Source of the DNA: Narcine bancroftii
Lineage: Eukaryota
Reading direction: 5' to 3'
Length of the DNA: 64,000 nucleotides
Assembly (NCBI RefSeq): GCF_036971445.1
Contig: NC_091473.1
Coordinates: forward strand, 72,106,001 to 72,170,000
Shown here: positions 34,800-48,549 of the stretch, in pieces
How positions within the stretch are numbered: the stretch's first letter is position 1
Layout: each line of letters opens with the position of its first letter
The notes under the pieces: model-generated
The model's database searches: none
What the model saw: only the letters and a program-made list of their open reading frames with translations
Told to the model about the DNA's origin: nothing
Program-made: the position numbers and the translations under genes

Positions 34800-35961
34800 T
34801 AGAGACTAGAGATTATACTGAGACATGTTAGACTGAGCCACGCTGTCAACTGTAGTGAAACAAATGTTGCTCCCTATTATTTATTGGGAGCTACGACTGC
34901 AGTTACCAGTAATGGCAGATGCAAAGTTGAAGTGAATAAGCAAAAGTTGATGTCCATTTTTTGCTGCTTTGTTGTTCATGTCACAGAAACAGCTTTCGTC
35001 ATCTGCTTTGCTTGAAATTCATTAATTAGCTTAAAGTTGCTACAATGGTGCAGTGGATACAAAGTAAATCCTCTACAGATTTATTGGGCTAGCAATGACC
35101 TTTCATAGTGATCAGGAGCCCATTAACAACTGCAACTTAAGAAAAAAATCATATTTCATAATGTTCATGAAAAATTCTGTCAGATTGAGAAATGCTTCAT
35201 AGATTAATTTCTGCCTCTTTATTCTCTCCTACATTCCTTCCTTTTGTCTCTTTTCCTGCATTACTCCTCCCACTGCTTCTCCATCCCTGTTACTTTTTCC
35301 CAACACATGAATCTCCCTGGTAGAGTCTTTGCAGTTGGATGTCTTGTTCACTGAGATCCAAGGCGCTCTTTTTCTCTCAGTGTACTTTCTGAGTGAATAC
35401 TTCCAGTAACTCTCCTTTGATCGTAAAGATGCAGGTTTATGTCCAGCCAACAGCAGAGTCTGCAGCTCAATCTGGCTTCTTATTATACTAGCAATTAACT
35501 TGTTCATATCAGTTCCCTTTGTTATTTTAATAGATCAAGGTGATCAATGCCAAATAGGTTTACAATTCATTAAAATAGTAAAGTGTTTCATATTTTTAAT
35601 TGTTCATATGATAATGAAGAATCACGTCTGCCTCAGGTTTTTTGCTCCCAGCATATCCCTTTATTACTGAACATTTCTTATTTGCCACTAAAACGCTTGA
35701 GGCTTCATTTTACAATTCTAATTAGTTTAATAGCACCTTCCTCTTATTGCACATGACTCTGAGAAACAGGATAAAAACATATTTTAGTTATGGTTTAATC
35801 CATGGTTTCAGATACAAAGGAAAGATATGGCAATGCTAAATGGTGTGTTTAGTACAAGTGTGTCAGAAACCAGTTGGATTGGCTGGAAACTCATTCACTG
35901 ACCACTTGTTTAATGGACCCAGGGTCTCCTATGATTTATCTCCATCTTCCCTTTCCCTTTC

Positions 35962-36139
35962 NNNNNNNNNNNNNNNNNNNNNNNNNNNNNNNNNNNNNNN
36001 NNNNNNNNNNNNNNNNNNNNNNNNNNNNNNNNNNNNNNNNNNNNNNNNNNNNNNNNNNNNNNNNNNNNNNNNNNNNNNNNNNNNNNNNNNNNNNNNNNNN
36101 NNNNNNNNNNNNNNNNNNNNNNNNNNNNNNNNNNNNNNN
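35962..36139. other. Run of 178 N (gap or masked sequence)
   Basis: Seen directly. Confidence 0.99.
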
Positions 36140-36169
36140 GATGGATATGCCTTAATGTAAGAGTTAAAA

Positions 36170-39100
36170 AAGATTTGAACACCAAGGAGTTGGGAGGAGA
36201 GAGGTGAAGGGGAGGTATAGTATCCAATTGCTTTTAACAGATACCAATGGATAAAGTATTGAATACTTTAAGATTCAATATTAACTGGCTTAATATCCCA
36301 TTGAAACGGAAGAGGATTTTGGCATATATTAAGAAATGAAGAAATACAGCCTTTTTGCAAAAAACATTTAATTGAAAAAGAATATCAGAAGTCAAAGAGA
36401 GACTGAGATAGGTATGTTGTGGCTTCTTCATTTAATTCAAAAGCAAGAGGAGTAGTGATTTGAATACATAAGAATCTTCCAGTTAAAATACAAAATGTAG
36501 TTACTGATCCTGTAGAGAGATGTTATGTCATTTTTTTCAGAATATTGGACATTCATGCAGCGAATGTAGTTGATGAAAAATTTATACAAGAAACATGAAA
36601 ATATATTAATGGGGGAGATTTTAATTTATGTTTAGATCCAGCTCTAGATAGATCTACAAGAGCAATATTAAGAACAGAAACAGCTAAAGCTACACTTTTT
36701 TCAATGAATGATTTAAATTTAATAGATGCATGGAGAAGAACTCATCTAAGAGAAAGAGATTACTCCTTTTATTCAAACAAGCATGATTCTTATTCTAGGA
36801 TTGATCTTTTCTTAATATTTGTGCAACTTCAAGGTAGAATATAACAAGTGGAGTATAAGGCAAGAATTTTATTAGATCATTGTCCTCTGTTGTTGACAAT
36901 ACCAATGTTGGATAGAGAAGAATCAGTTTATAGATGGAGGTTTAATTGTATGTTATTAAATAGGTAAGATTTTTGTGAATTTATTAGAAGGCAAATAAGG
37001 AACTTTTTTGAGACCAACCCTAATTTGGTTACTAATAAATTTATTTTGTGGGACACAATGAAAGCATACTTAAGATGTCAAAAATAAAATTAAGAAAGAT
37101 TAACTGAAAGAGGTAGAACAATTAGAAATGGAGATAATGAGTTTGGAAAATGATTTACAGCGACAAGTAAATGAGAATAAATGAAGATTTCAAGGACTTA
37201 TTAATTCTTCCATTTATGGAAGTATTAGAACAAGCTGACGTGGACTTTTTACCCCCTCCATAAATCTTCGTCCGCGAAGCCAAGCCAAAGAAGAGAACAA
37301 GTGACCAAAACACATACTTAATTGGAATCTTTTAATATGGCAATGATAACAGTAATACTCAAAAAAAGATCCAGATCGTTTAAAACCAGCATTTTATCGA
37401 CTAATTTCATTGATGAATGCAGACTATAAAATAGTAGCAAAATTATTACCAAATAGGTTGGGAAAATATTTGCCAAAATTGATAAATATGGACAAGATTG
37501 GTTTTGTAAAAAAGACAAAATTAGCAGATAATGTGACTAGATTATTGAGTATGATATATTTGGCACAAAAGAGTGAAGACTTAAGTGTAGCAGTAGCCTT
37601 AGATGCTGAAAAAGTATTTGATAGGTTAGAATGTGATTTTTTATTTAAAGTACTTGATAAATTTGGATTGGGACCAATATTTCCTAACTGGATTAAAGCT
37701 TTATATAAGGGACCAGAAGCAAAGGTTCTAACAAATGGACAAATATCCTCATCTTTTTAATTAACTAGGCCTAGTAGATAAGGATGTCCATTATCTCCAG
37801 CTTTACTTATTTTAGCAATGTAACCATTTGAATAATTGATTTGGTCTGACCCTGAATTTAAAGGTTTTAGAGTTGGCAGAGAAGAATATAAGATTAATTT
37901 GTTTGCATTTGATGTAATAATTTATTTGTCAGAACCATAAAATTCATTGCATACATTTTATTTAAGGTTCAAAGAATATGGAATAGTATCAGGATATAAG
38001 GTAAATTGGGATAAAAGTGAGATCATGTCTCTTACTGGAGGTGATTATACTCAGATTCTCAATTTAAATGGCCATTGAATGGAATAAAATATTTAGGGAT
38101 ATGAGTAGATAATTTAAATAATATATATTGTTAAATTATACCCCTTTACTTAAGAAAGTTGATGAAGATTTACAAAAGTGGATCAAATTACCAATAACAT
38201 TATTGGGAAGAGTTAATTGAATAAAAATGAATATATTTCCAAGAGTGCAATATCTCTTCACAAAAAAAATCAGGAACTTGTTTCCTGTTTCCGCTCCATA
38301 TATGGTTATATGGTTCACTAAATAAATATGTAAGGAAATTTATTCAGAAGGGCAAGATGTCAAGCAAATTGTTAGAAAAATTAACATGGAAGTATGAATT
38401 GGAAGGCCTGCAACTTCCAAATTTTAAAAATTATTATAGAGCCACACAAATAAGATTTCTGTTTTCTTTTTATGAAGGAGAGAAACCAGCATGGATTAAA
38501 ATAGAGATGGATAAGATAGGAGAGAAGACATCAGAAGATTTTGTATATAAAATGAGAAATGAGGTTAATATCTGAGGATAGGGATATAACACTGTTGAAG
38601 CACCTGATTAATATATGGAATAGAGTAAATAATGAAATGGGAATAAGCAATTAAGGTTAATTAAAATGCCTTTGATTCAAAATAGACATATCATTTACTA
38701 TGAATAATAGACTTTTTAATATTTGATTCCATAAAGGAATTAGAAATATAGAAGACTGGTATGAAGGATAAAATTCAATGTCATTTGATCAATTAAAAAG
38801 TAAATACAGGATACAGAATCATACAATATTTTGTTATTATCAATTAAAGGAAATTTATGAGATAAATTGGGTGCAACAACATTATTGCCTGAAAGAAGTG
38901 AAATAGAAACTTTGATTTGTAATAGATTTACAAACTTACATTTGCTATGTACATTCTATTGCAAAAAGGAAGTTTGAAGTAGGGAATACATAGCTCTAGA
39001 CAGAGATGGGAAATGGATTTGAATATAAATATTACGGAGAAAAATTGGCAGGAATTATGTTATAATAGTATGACAAATACAATAAATGTTAGATGTAGTT

Positions 39101-39897
39101 TGGATCAATTTAATTTTTTGCATCAATCATACCTTACTACACAAAAATTAAATAGATCGAAAGCAGAACTACCAGATAAATGTCTTAGGTGTAGTCAAGA
39201 GATGGGCACTTTTCTGCATTCTACATGGTCATGTTCAAAATTGAGACCATTTTGGATAGAATTAGGAAAAGTTCCAGAACAAGTTACGGGAGTTAAACTT
39301 ACGCAAGATCAAATGCTTTTTTTAATTGGGCAATTTTTTGGTGTTAAGTCCAAAATTAAAATTGAATTTTTTTCCCAGAAAGTATTTATGAAAATTGTGT
39401 TTTAAGTTGCAAGAAAGTGTAGAGCAGTGGCATGGATATCACATTCCCATTTCGGAATGGAATGGCATGCCGAAATATATAATTATACACCTCTTGAGAA
39501 AATTACATATAATTTAAGGAATAAATATGATTTTTTCTGAAAGATTGGTGCCCATACTTACATAAGGTAAGTATGAATTTATAAAGAATTTTCCCTGAAC
39601 CTCACAAAATCTTGCTAACTCCTTGGGATAAATAAATGATGATCTTGAAGGCAAAGTTGTATAAATTATGATGATATTTTGGTAACCAGATTTGTTTGTT
39701 TTTTCCTTTTCGGAAACTTTTCTTTACCTTTGTTTCAATCTTATTGCTTTTATTTTGAGGATTAATATTGGGGGGAGGGGTTGGTGGGGTTATTGGGGTT
39801 TGTAGCGTGTATAATTAATTTAAATATATGATGTCATTTTTCTGTATCTGGATACTAATACATGTTTGAAATTGTAATTAAAATATTTTAAAAAAAC
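36170..39897 (+). mobile_element. Degenerate L1-clade LINE ORF2 (endonuclease, RT, Cys domain) with 3' UTR and A tail
   Basis: GGDFNLCLDP, DAWR, YSRIDLF, NADYKIVAK, ALDAEKVFDR, GLQLPNFKNYYRA and CLRC...H.TWSC, with many stops. Confidence 0.9.
37235..37293 (+). mobile_element. 59-bp RTE 3' tip inserted in the L1, with TSD
   Basis: Matches the RTE 3' end. AGAACAAG is duplicated at 37227-37234 and 37294-37301. Confidence 0.88.
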
Positions 39898-40824
39898 TTA
39901 CAGGTTGTGATTTCCAAAATCAGCTCCTGCAAAAGGGTTCAATTTGTTATATGGCAAGGAAACAAGAATTGAATCTTGTTTTTTTTTTAATTTTCAATGT
40001 ATTTATTTATTTTAATTTATTTTTATAGTAAGGTCATAAGATGGTTATGATATGAAAGTTTACACTATGATTCTGCCACAAAACACCAAATTCCTTGACT
40101 TGTTCATGACAGTGAATTCTGATTCTGATTCTGGCTTGATACCAAAATTTGTTGCCTATAATCTAATAATGTTTGTAGGATTTGATTGATGTTATTAGTT
40201 GGCTCACCCCTTATCAAAGCATTTTATTTTCTGCCACCCAATTGCACTTTTTGAGTAGATTTGTTCTCTGAGAACATTGGAGGACACAATATGTGACAAT
40301 ATTTGAAGTCAGATTTGTTGGATTGATCCCAAAATTTGTACCATTTAACTGAACAGTGACAGTATTTATGTGACAATTTCTCATTTAATCACATTCTGTT
40401 ATGAAGAATGCCAAAGCAATAGGTCAGCAAACACATGGTGGGCCAAAAGACCCATTTCTCTGCAATAAATTCCATAACAAAGAAAGCTGTTCATTATATA
40501 TTATCTTTGCTACGCAATTATATTTCATTTGAAGCAGACCCTCTCATGCATTATGGGGCCTTATCAGCCTTATTAAATACTCTTCGATACCATTGGGTTC
40601 TGGTAAACTAGACTTTAAAAAATTAAAAGTTACTGAAATATAAAACACATTTTCAAGTTACTCAAACTGAACTTTACAAGCAGAGTATAATAAGTGGGTG
40701 AAATTACATTGGCTCTTTATTTTACCTCAAAACGAATGCAAAAAAAAACCTAAATATTTCAAGAACCTAAAGAATCAATCTGAACTTGCTTTCTCATTTT
40801 TACAGTTTTGATTTAAAATTAAAT

Positions 40825-41070
40825 TTTAAATGTAGACATACAGCATTGTTACAGGCCTTTCCGGCCCACAAGTCCATGCTGCCCAATTACACCCAATTAA
40901 CCTACATCCCCAGGTATGTTTTGAACGGTGGGAAGAAATTGGAGCACCCAAATTAAACTGATGCAGATGCAAGGATAATGCACAAACACCTTACAAGACA
41001 ATGCCGGATTCGAACCCATATTGCTGGTGCTGTAACAGTGTTATGCTAACTGCATTAACCATGGCACCCT
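40825..41070 (-). mobile_element. V-SINE (HE1-like)
   Basis: GGATTCGAACCC on the plus strand and CCCAATTACACCCAATTAACCTAC, as in the other copies. Confidence 0.75.
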
Positions 41071-41859
41071 ATACTAATCTTGAAAGATTCTTGACTCAAG
41101 ATGTCCACTCCAGTTTTCTCCTTGATGATCCTGGAATTCCATGATTTGCAATTTATTTGTGCTTTGCAGTTTCTTTATTTTATCACTGCCTTCTCCAGTT
41201 TATCTTTTCCTCAGTGAAATTTACTTCTCACTCTTTCCAGTGAGATTCAAGCTGCAGTATTCTCTGAATCAGATTCCTCACAGAATTATTTGAACTTAGT
41301 TCATAAAATGTTGTTTTTTCCTATGAGTACTCAATGTTTCAGCATTTGCAAGTTCCAACTTCTAGAAACAGGTCAAGTATGGACACGATGCAAAGCAAAA
41401 GCATTTTTCAAAGAGCAGTAGGGAGTAGTGCGGGTACCCTGCTGTGTTGCACATCGCTTTGGGCTTTTATATCATGCCAAAAGCAAAGGCAGAGAAACAG
41501 ATGTTTACTTGTCTTGTCAGCAAGGACATCGTGACGGAACATTGAAAGAGCTGGACAAAACAAAGTCCAAGTTCTTCTTTTATCAAACCAGTATTATGCA
41601 ATGATAATGAAGTTGTTCAGAAAGTGGAACAATCAGTTTCTCCTTCCATAGCAAAACCAGACATGAACCAAAAAAAATCCCAGTTGTCATGGGTCAAATG
41701 ATATCAACTTCTTATAGCATGTTACTCATGTTTCACATTTCTCTATAGTCTATCACCAAATGTTGCTCATACAAAGAAATCTATCTAATTTCTATTTGTA
41801 TGAATTGTTTGCATTATTTCTCAATGTCTGGTAACAGAAGAACTCTTGACCCATAACAC

Positions 41860-42230
41860 CCTTGCTCAGGTTGGCTGCGCCAAACCTCATTGCATCCCTC
41901 AACTCAAACTCTTGCAGCCTGGAATGTGCCAGTTGGTAGCATTCCTCACCAATACCTCACTGTGCTGGAAGTCCAACATGTTTCGGACAAACCAAAGAGC
42001 ATCTTTCTCCGAGTTGATGATCGTCCAGCAGCTCTGGTTGTCCATTTCTGTGAGGATCCCTAGGAATAGCCTGTAAATCAGAGTATCCTCTGTTACACTA
42101 CTGCTGGGGATTAACTGTGAAAAGAACCCTTGCATCCTTCTCCATATACTCTTTGCAAATCCACAGTCTTCTAGGAGGCAGGCATCTATCTCATCCCCCT
42201 CACAGTTGTCTTGATGGCAACGTGAGTCTT
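41860..42230 (-). mobile_element. Tx1-type (L1 clade) ORF2 C-terminal fragment
   Basis: CLLEDCGFAKSIWRRM...CWTIINSEKDALWFVRN zinc-binding C-terminal pattern. Confidence 0.7.
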
Positions 42231-43038
42231 TGGGTGATATTCCAGTTGTACAGGAAAGATCCATCCAGGAAGGATGGATCAGCCAAGCCAGAGTCAGATG
42301 CGTGTTGCAATGAGCCATCTTGAACATACAGAACATATCAACTGGCAGAGTTGAGTGTAGCATTCTTCCAGACATGGACAACATTAATATTTTCATAGTA
42401 TTGTTTCCAAACTTAACTAACGCTAGTTTTTGACCATGCCTAAATGAAATTAGAAGTTTAAAACATCAACCTAAGTGAAAGAAAATGGAGAGTGATTAAA
42501 ATATTGAATGGGCAAAGTATGCAAGAAATTGCTGAGGTTAAATGTATCAAATACAAAATGACCAAGAATTCAAGGGAAATGTTGAGGTTAGATGATGTGA
42601 GGAGAGGAGGAGCCATAAAAGTAGTATGTTTAGGTTATGGCTCAATTTGGTTGCCTGTCATGTTTCTGGACTGTCAATTCAACATTGGCGAACACAATAT
42701 GCAACAATTGTATTAATTGGTTTTAATTATCCACAATGCATTATAAATAAAACTTGCAATTTCCTGTGGAAACAAGCATTGATGGTTTATTTTCTTTTTA
42801 AAATATTTTTTATTGAGTTTAATAGAAAACCCCCTTTATACTTGGTCTTCTAATTAATAACAGAAATTAAATCATATCATACACATATCACACAAAAATT
42901 GTAAATCAGGAATATAACCGTAATCATCCACTAACTTATCCAATTCAAAACATCGAATTTTATGATTATATTGAGTTAACAGTTAATCCATTCCTCATTA
43001 TGTTGCCAAAATTAATGTTGAATCAAAAATAGATAAGA

Positions 43039-46000
43039 TGTAATGGCAGCTACTAACTCTGAAGTACACCAAAGGATGCTGAAGGGTTTCAGTTGAAGAG
43101 ATTTACTCAAACTTTGCGTGCACCTTTAAGGGCGGCACTCTGGTGGTGACGTCATCATGTTTGCCCAAGGGATGCACTTTGGTCTAAGCCATGAGGCATT
43201 GAGGTCTCCTGACGGTGCCATCTTCCCGCAGCTGCCCCGCCGGCGTGGCGATACAAGCTGGGCCAGTTTGCCACGAGTTTGCCACACAACCTCCCCAGAA
43301 CCGGCTTATGCGTCTCGCTGCTTGGGCAGCTGACTCCGTCGTCTATGTCAGGCTGTCAGTATTGGCTGGCTAAGGTCCAAGTGTGCTGCCATGAGCCTAT
43401 TGTCTGTGAATATCTCCTCCCTGCCCCCAATGTCCAAAGCGAATGTCTTGCCTGAGCGTTTCAGAATTTTGTAGGGGCCCTCGTATCGGTGCTGCAGGTG
43501 TGCGGGGTGTGAGCCACACTGGATGAAAATGAAGACTGTTGTAGCCAGCTCCTTGGGGGTGCAAGACGGTCAACTGCCGTGGTGTGTCGGTGGTGGGGGT
43601 GCAAGTGAGGCAAGTTTGTCCTGCAAGTCTGCCAGTAAGGTCTGATTCTCGGTTGCGGAACCAGTGCTTGAGCTGAAGTACTCCCCGGGTAGCAACAATG
43701 GTGCGCCGTAGATCAGCTCTGCAGACGAAACCTGTAGGTCTTCCTTTGGGGCCGTTCTGATACTGAGCAGCACCCAGGGAAATCCATCTATCCAGTTGGG
43801 GCCGGTGAAGTGTGCCATGAGAGCTGACTTGAGGTGCCGGTGGAAGCACTCTATGAGACCGTTGGCCTGAGGATGGTATGTGGTGGTATGGTAGAGCTTG
43901 ATCCCCAGGAGGTTCACCAGCTGCAACCAGAGGGCGGATGTGAACTGGACGCCCCTGTCGCTCATCATGAGTGCCGGAACGCCAAACCTGGCGATCCATT
44001 GGGCAAGCAGAGTTCTGGCGCAGGACTTGGCAGAAGTATCCTTTAGCTGGATGGCTTCAGGCCACCTCATCATCCGGTTGACCGTAGTCAACAAATAGTG
44101 GATGTCCTTGGCCCACGATGTCGATGTGGATGTGCTCAAATCTCTTGGCTGGGGGTCGAATTGTTGCTTTAACATGGTGGTGGACTTTAGAGGCCTGACA
44201 CTATATCCAGTTTCTCACCATCTAGGCCATTTGTTTCTTGAGGCCATGCCACACGTAACGTTCTGCTACCATGCACACCAAGGCCTTGACCGAGGGGTGA
44301 GCCAAGTTGTGGACCATGCTGAAAGCCTGCGGCCTCCATTGCAGTGGGACTACTGGGCATGGTGAGCTGGTGGAAACATCACAGAGTAACGTGTCGGGGC
44401 TGGAACATAGGAACATAGGAAGTAGGAACAGGAGTAGGCCAAAAATGGCCCATCGAGCCTGCTCCGCCATTCAATACGATCATGCCTGATCTAATTTATG
44501 ACCTAACTCCACCTACCTGCCTTCTCCCCATATCCCCTAATTCCTCTATCATGTAAAAATTTATCTAACCATATCTTAAATATGTTTAATGAGGCAGCCT
44601 CAACCACTTCCCTGGTTAGAGAATTCCAAACATTCACTACTCTCTGGGAAAAACTATTTTTCCTCATCTCTGTCCTAAATCTACTCCCCCGAATCTTGAG
44701 ACTGTGTCCTCTCGTTTTAGTTTCCCCGGCCAACTCAAAAAACATTTCTACATCTATCCTATCCATACCCTTCATAATCCTATATGTTTCTATGAGATCT
44801 CCTCTCATTCTTCTGAACTCGAGCGAATACAATCCTAGACGATTTAATCTTTCATCATAAGTCAACCCCTTCATCCCAGGGATCAACCTAGTAAACCTCC
44901 TCTGGACCGTCTCCAAAGCCAGTATATCCTTCCTCAAATATGGAGACCAGAACTGGACACAGTACTCCAGGTGCGGTCTCACCAGTACCTTATACAGTTG
45001 CAACATTACCTCCCTACTCCTGAATTCAATTCCTCTAGCGATGAAGTCGGTGAGTCCGGCAGCTTAAGGTCCTTGAGGTGGAAGCCCATGATGGCGGTGT
45101 GGAAAGCCTGAGATTCCTCATCCCCTTTCTGTACCTGCACTAGCTGAGCATAGTCCAGGCCGGAGGACAGGTTGTGGATGGTGGGCCATGGGAGTGCATC
45201 TGCAATGATATTGTCCTTACCTGCTCGGTGTCGGATGTCGGTGGTGAATTCCGATACGTAGGACAAAGGTCACTGTTGGCATGCCGACCAGGGGTCTTTG
45301 GACATGGCGAGGGCTTGGGTGAGTGGTTTGTGGTCCGTGAACACCGTGAACAGCCTGCCCTCCAGGAAATACCAGAAGTGTCTGATGGAAAGGTACAGGG
45401 CCAGGAGCATCCTGTCGAAGGCGCTGTACTTAGGTTCAGGGGCCGGAGGTGCTTGCTGAAGAATACAAGTGGGCACCACTGGCTGTTCACCGATTGCTCT
45501 AGGTCTCCCCCGATGGCCATGGCTGAAGCGTCCTCTGAGAGTGCGGTGTGGACATTGGGGTGCGGGTGGGCCAGTAGGATGGTGCTCACCAGGGCATTTT
45601 TTGTCACAGTGAAGGCTGTTTCGGCCTCTTCCGTCCACTCCAGGGCCTTACTTTTGGTAGCGATCAGTGTGAACAATGGATGCGTGATGCGAGCTTCCCC
45701 CGGGATGAAATGGTGGTAGAAATTGACCACCCTGATGAATTATTGTAGACCCTTGAGGGTATCAGGTTTCGGGAACTGGTGTACGGCTGCCACTTTCTCG
45801 GGATGGGGTGGCCCTGTCCACAGAGATGGTATGGCCCAGGAACTGCAGGGACTTCTTGCCGAACTGGCATTTGGCCACGTTGACGGTGAGGCTGAACTCT
45901 GTCAGGCGAGCAAATAGTGCACAGAGGTGGACTTTGTGTTCGTCGTTGTCCCAACTAGTGATTAGAATGTCATCGAGATAGATAAACACGAAATCCAGGT

Positions 46001-47876
46001 CTCTGTCCACTGCATCTATTAGCCGTTGAAATGTCTGGGCCATGTTTTTAAGGCCAAAGAGCATCCACAGAAACTTGAATAGACCGAAGAGGGTGATGAT
46101 GGCGGTTTTGCCGATATCGTCGGGGTGGACTGGAACTTTATGGTACTCCCGTACCAGGTCAACCTTAGAGAAAATTTGGGCGCCATGCAAGTTGGCAGTA
46201 AAGTCTTGTATATGTGGGATGTGGTATTGGTCTGGCGTGGTCGTGTCATTCAAACGGTGGTAGTCTCCACATGGGTGCCACCCCCCGGAAGCCCAAGGGC
46301 TATCTGACCTACGGACGATCTCCAGCTACTGTAGTCGGGAGAATTCTTCTTTTGCAAGTTGTAGCTTCTCGGAGGGCAACCGTCTGGCTTTGGCATGGAG
46401 GGGGGACCCTGGGTCGAGATGTGGTGGCGGAAACCGTGCTGGGGCATGGCAGAAGTCAATTGAGGCAGCAGGATGGTGGGGAATTCATTGAGTATATGAG
46501 TATACTCATCCTTGGGGGCGCTAATGGAAGCTAGTCCCATGTCGCATGTGTTTGTATAATTGAGGCAGACTGTTTGAAACGTGTGGGTGTGCACCAACCG
46601 TTTGCCTTTAAAGTCTACCACCAGGCTGTGCACCTGGGGGAAGTTGGCTCCCAACAGCGCTATGCCCACCGTGGCTAGTACGAACTTCCAGCTAAACCTG
46701 TCCTTGCTGCTCTGGATCTGGGTGTTGCGTGTGCCAAAAGTCTTGATCGTGTATCCATTGGCTACCCAGGTGCAGGTTTCGAAGGCAGTCAGGGGAAGCA
46801 CACTCAGCTCTGCTCTGGTGTCCACCAGGAAACGTCGGCCATTGGTCTTAACTGTTACGTGCAGGAGACTGTTAGTGTGGCCAGCCGTTGCAGCCATCAA
46901 CGGCGGTTGGCAGGGTCGTTTCCCTGAAATGAACAGGGCTGCCTACACTTGTGGGCTTGGGCCCCCCAGCGTTGATGGTAGAAGCACCAGGTGGAGTGGG
47001 GCTCTTCTGGTTTGTGCATGGGGAGGGGTGCTTGAGGTCGGCTGTATCCAGGGCGGTTTCGTTTTCTCACTTTGTTCACCAGAGCACGTCCACGCTGGCT
47101 GCGACTCTCTGTGGATCTGAGAAATCCTCATCTGCCAGCAGGAGCTGGATGTCTTCAGGAATCTGCTTGAGGAAGGCCTGCTCAAACATCAGCCAGGGTC
47201 TGTGGCCCTCTGCCAGTTTGAGCATCTCATCCATAAGGGTAGATGGATTTCTGTTCCAGACCATCCAGGTGTAGGAGCATGATATTGCGCTGGCAATGAG
47301 TGAGGTCGAAGGTGCCGAGGAGAAGGCTTTTGAGGGTGAGGTATTTACCTTCCTCTGGTGGGTTGTGGATCAGGTTATCCACCATGGCCGCGGTTTCTTG
47401 ATTGAGCACACTCACGATGTGGTAAAACATCGTGGCATCTGGAGTGATCTGAGGTGAAACTGTGCCTCCGCCTGCCCAAACTAAGTGTGTGGACAATGCA
47501 TCCAGAAGTGGGGGGTGGTGGTGGGGAGATTCACCGTGACCGCATTGACTGCTGCTGAATCCATATTAGGCCAGAAAAACGTGTAGACTCGCTGGGGGTC
47601 ACCAATGTAGTGGCAGCTACTCATTCTGAAACACACCACAGGTCACTGAGGGGTTTCAGTTGAACTGATTTATTCAAACCACACACACGCCCTTCAAGGG
47701 CAGTGTGAGATCTGCCCCGCGGTGGTGGTGACATTATCACATTCGTCCAAGGCGCGCACTTTGGTTTAAGCCACAAGGCACTGAGATCCCCTGATGGCGC
47801 CATCTTCCCACGGCTGCCCCGCCACCACAGCGATACAAGCAGGGCTGGTTCGCCGCGAGTGATGTGTGCTGCCACA
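43039..47876 (-). mobile_element. Full-length but decayed CsRn1-like Gypsy: 5' LTR 47606-47876, Trp-type PBS, gag-PR-RT-RH-IN, PPT, 3' LTR 43039-43286
   Basis: Two homologous TG...CA LTRs. PBS TGGTGACCCC at 47595-47604. Peptides FLVDTRAE, FSKVDLVREYH, IYLDDILI, FTDHKPL, SDRGVQFTS, YHPQANGLIE and PYEGPY. Confidence 0.93.
44404..45045 (-). mobile_element. Young CR1-type 3' fragment nested in the Gypsy
   Basis: Uninterrupted ORF 44503-45006 (LVRPHLEYCVQFWSP...RRMRGDLIETYRIM) with an octamer (TTCCTATG)n tail. Confidence 0.93.
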
Positions 47877-48174
47877 AATATATAATTAAGATTCCCTAAT
47901 TTAAAAAAGGGGATTTTATACTTCTCAGGTATTTTTGTCTTATTCTGCGATATGGTGGCTTCTTAAATATGCTTCAAATCTTCCCACTTACAAGGTTTAC
48001 TCCTTCAATCACATTTTTTAAACACATTTTATTTCCGCGAATGAATTTAATATTTAATTTAACTACTCACAAAACGTAAGAGTTTGAAGGCTAAGTGCAT
48101 TGAACATTTGCATCCATAGAACTGCACCAAGTGCATTGCCTGTTCAGCCTGAGGACCAGGAGAATACAAGAAAG

Positions 48175-48185
48175 ATGCCAATAAA
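48175..48185 (+). CDS. RGS21: RGS21-like gene, putative first coding exon (M-P-I-K)
   Basis: ATG in AAG-ATG context and donor AA/GTGAGT at 48186. Phase 2 joins in frame with the next exon. Resembles the MPVK start of mammalian RGS21. Confidence 0.65.
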
Positions 48186-48394
48186 GTGAGTTAACATTTA
48201 TCTTCATGTACTTTCTCTTCATTAGATGCTGTTTGAAAGATAGTTATATATTTTTGCATGAATTTATCAGCAGTGGTTCTGTCAACGTTCTGATACCATT
48301 CCAAGGTGCATTGGATGAAAACACATTTTATATGATAGTTTCTAAGAGGAAAATGCTTCAAAGCTGCCAGTTTTATTCCATTCTCTTCTCACAG

Positions 48395-48456
48395 GACAAC
48401 CCCTGAAGAGGCAAAACTATGGTCTGAGTCTGTGGATAAGTTGCTGTACCACAAAG
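48395..48456 (+). CDS. RGS21: RGS21-like gene, 62-bp exon (TTPEEAKLWSESVDKLLYHK)
   Basis: Acceptor TTCTCTTCTCACAG and donor AAG/GTGAG. Encodes the W-x-x-S-x-x-x-LL start of the RGS box. Confidence 0.9.
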
Positions 48457-48549
48457 GTGAGCAGAGGTCAATCACTCAGAACAGTTGCAGCCAATATATA
48501 TTTCTTCTTAGAAGCATTATTTTTTTAAAATTTAGAAATACTTGATCTT

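Noticed and set aside
35229-35507. 92-aa minus-strand ORF, or a plus-strand exon at about 35381-35434
   Set aside because: No recognisable domain, weak donor site, and no support for linkage to the RGS gene.
48226-48406. Extra RGS exon starting AG/A TGC TGT (CCLK, like MPVK-CC in RGS21)
   Set aside because: It would need a 40-bp intron after 48185, which is too short for vertebrates, and that frame stops at 48406 out of phase with the RGS box.
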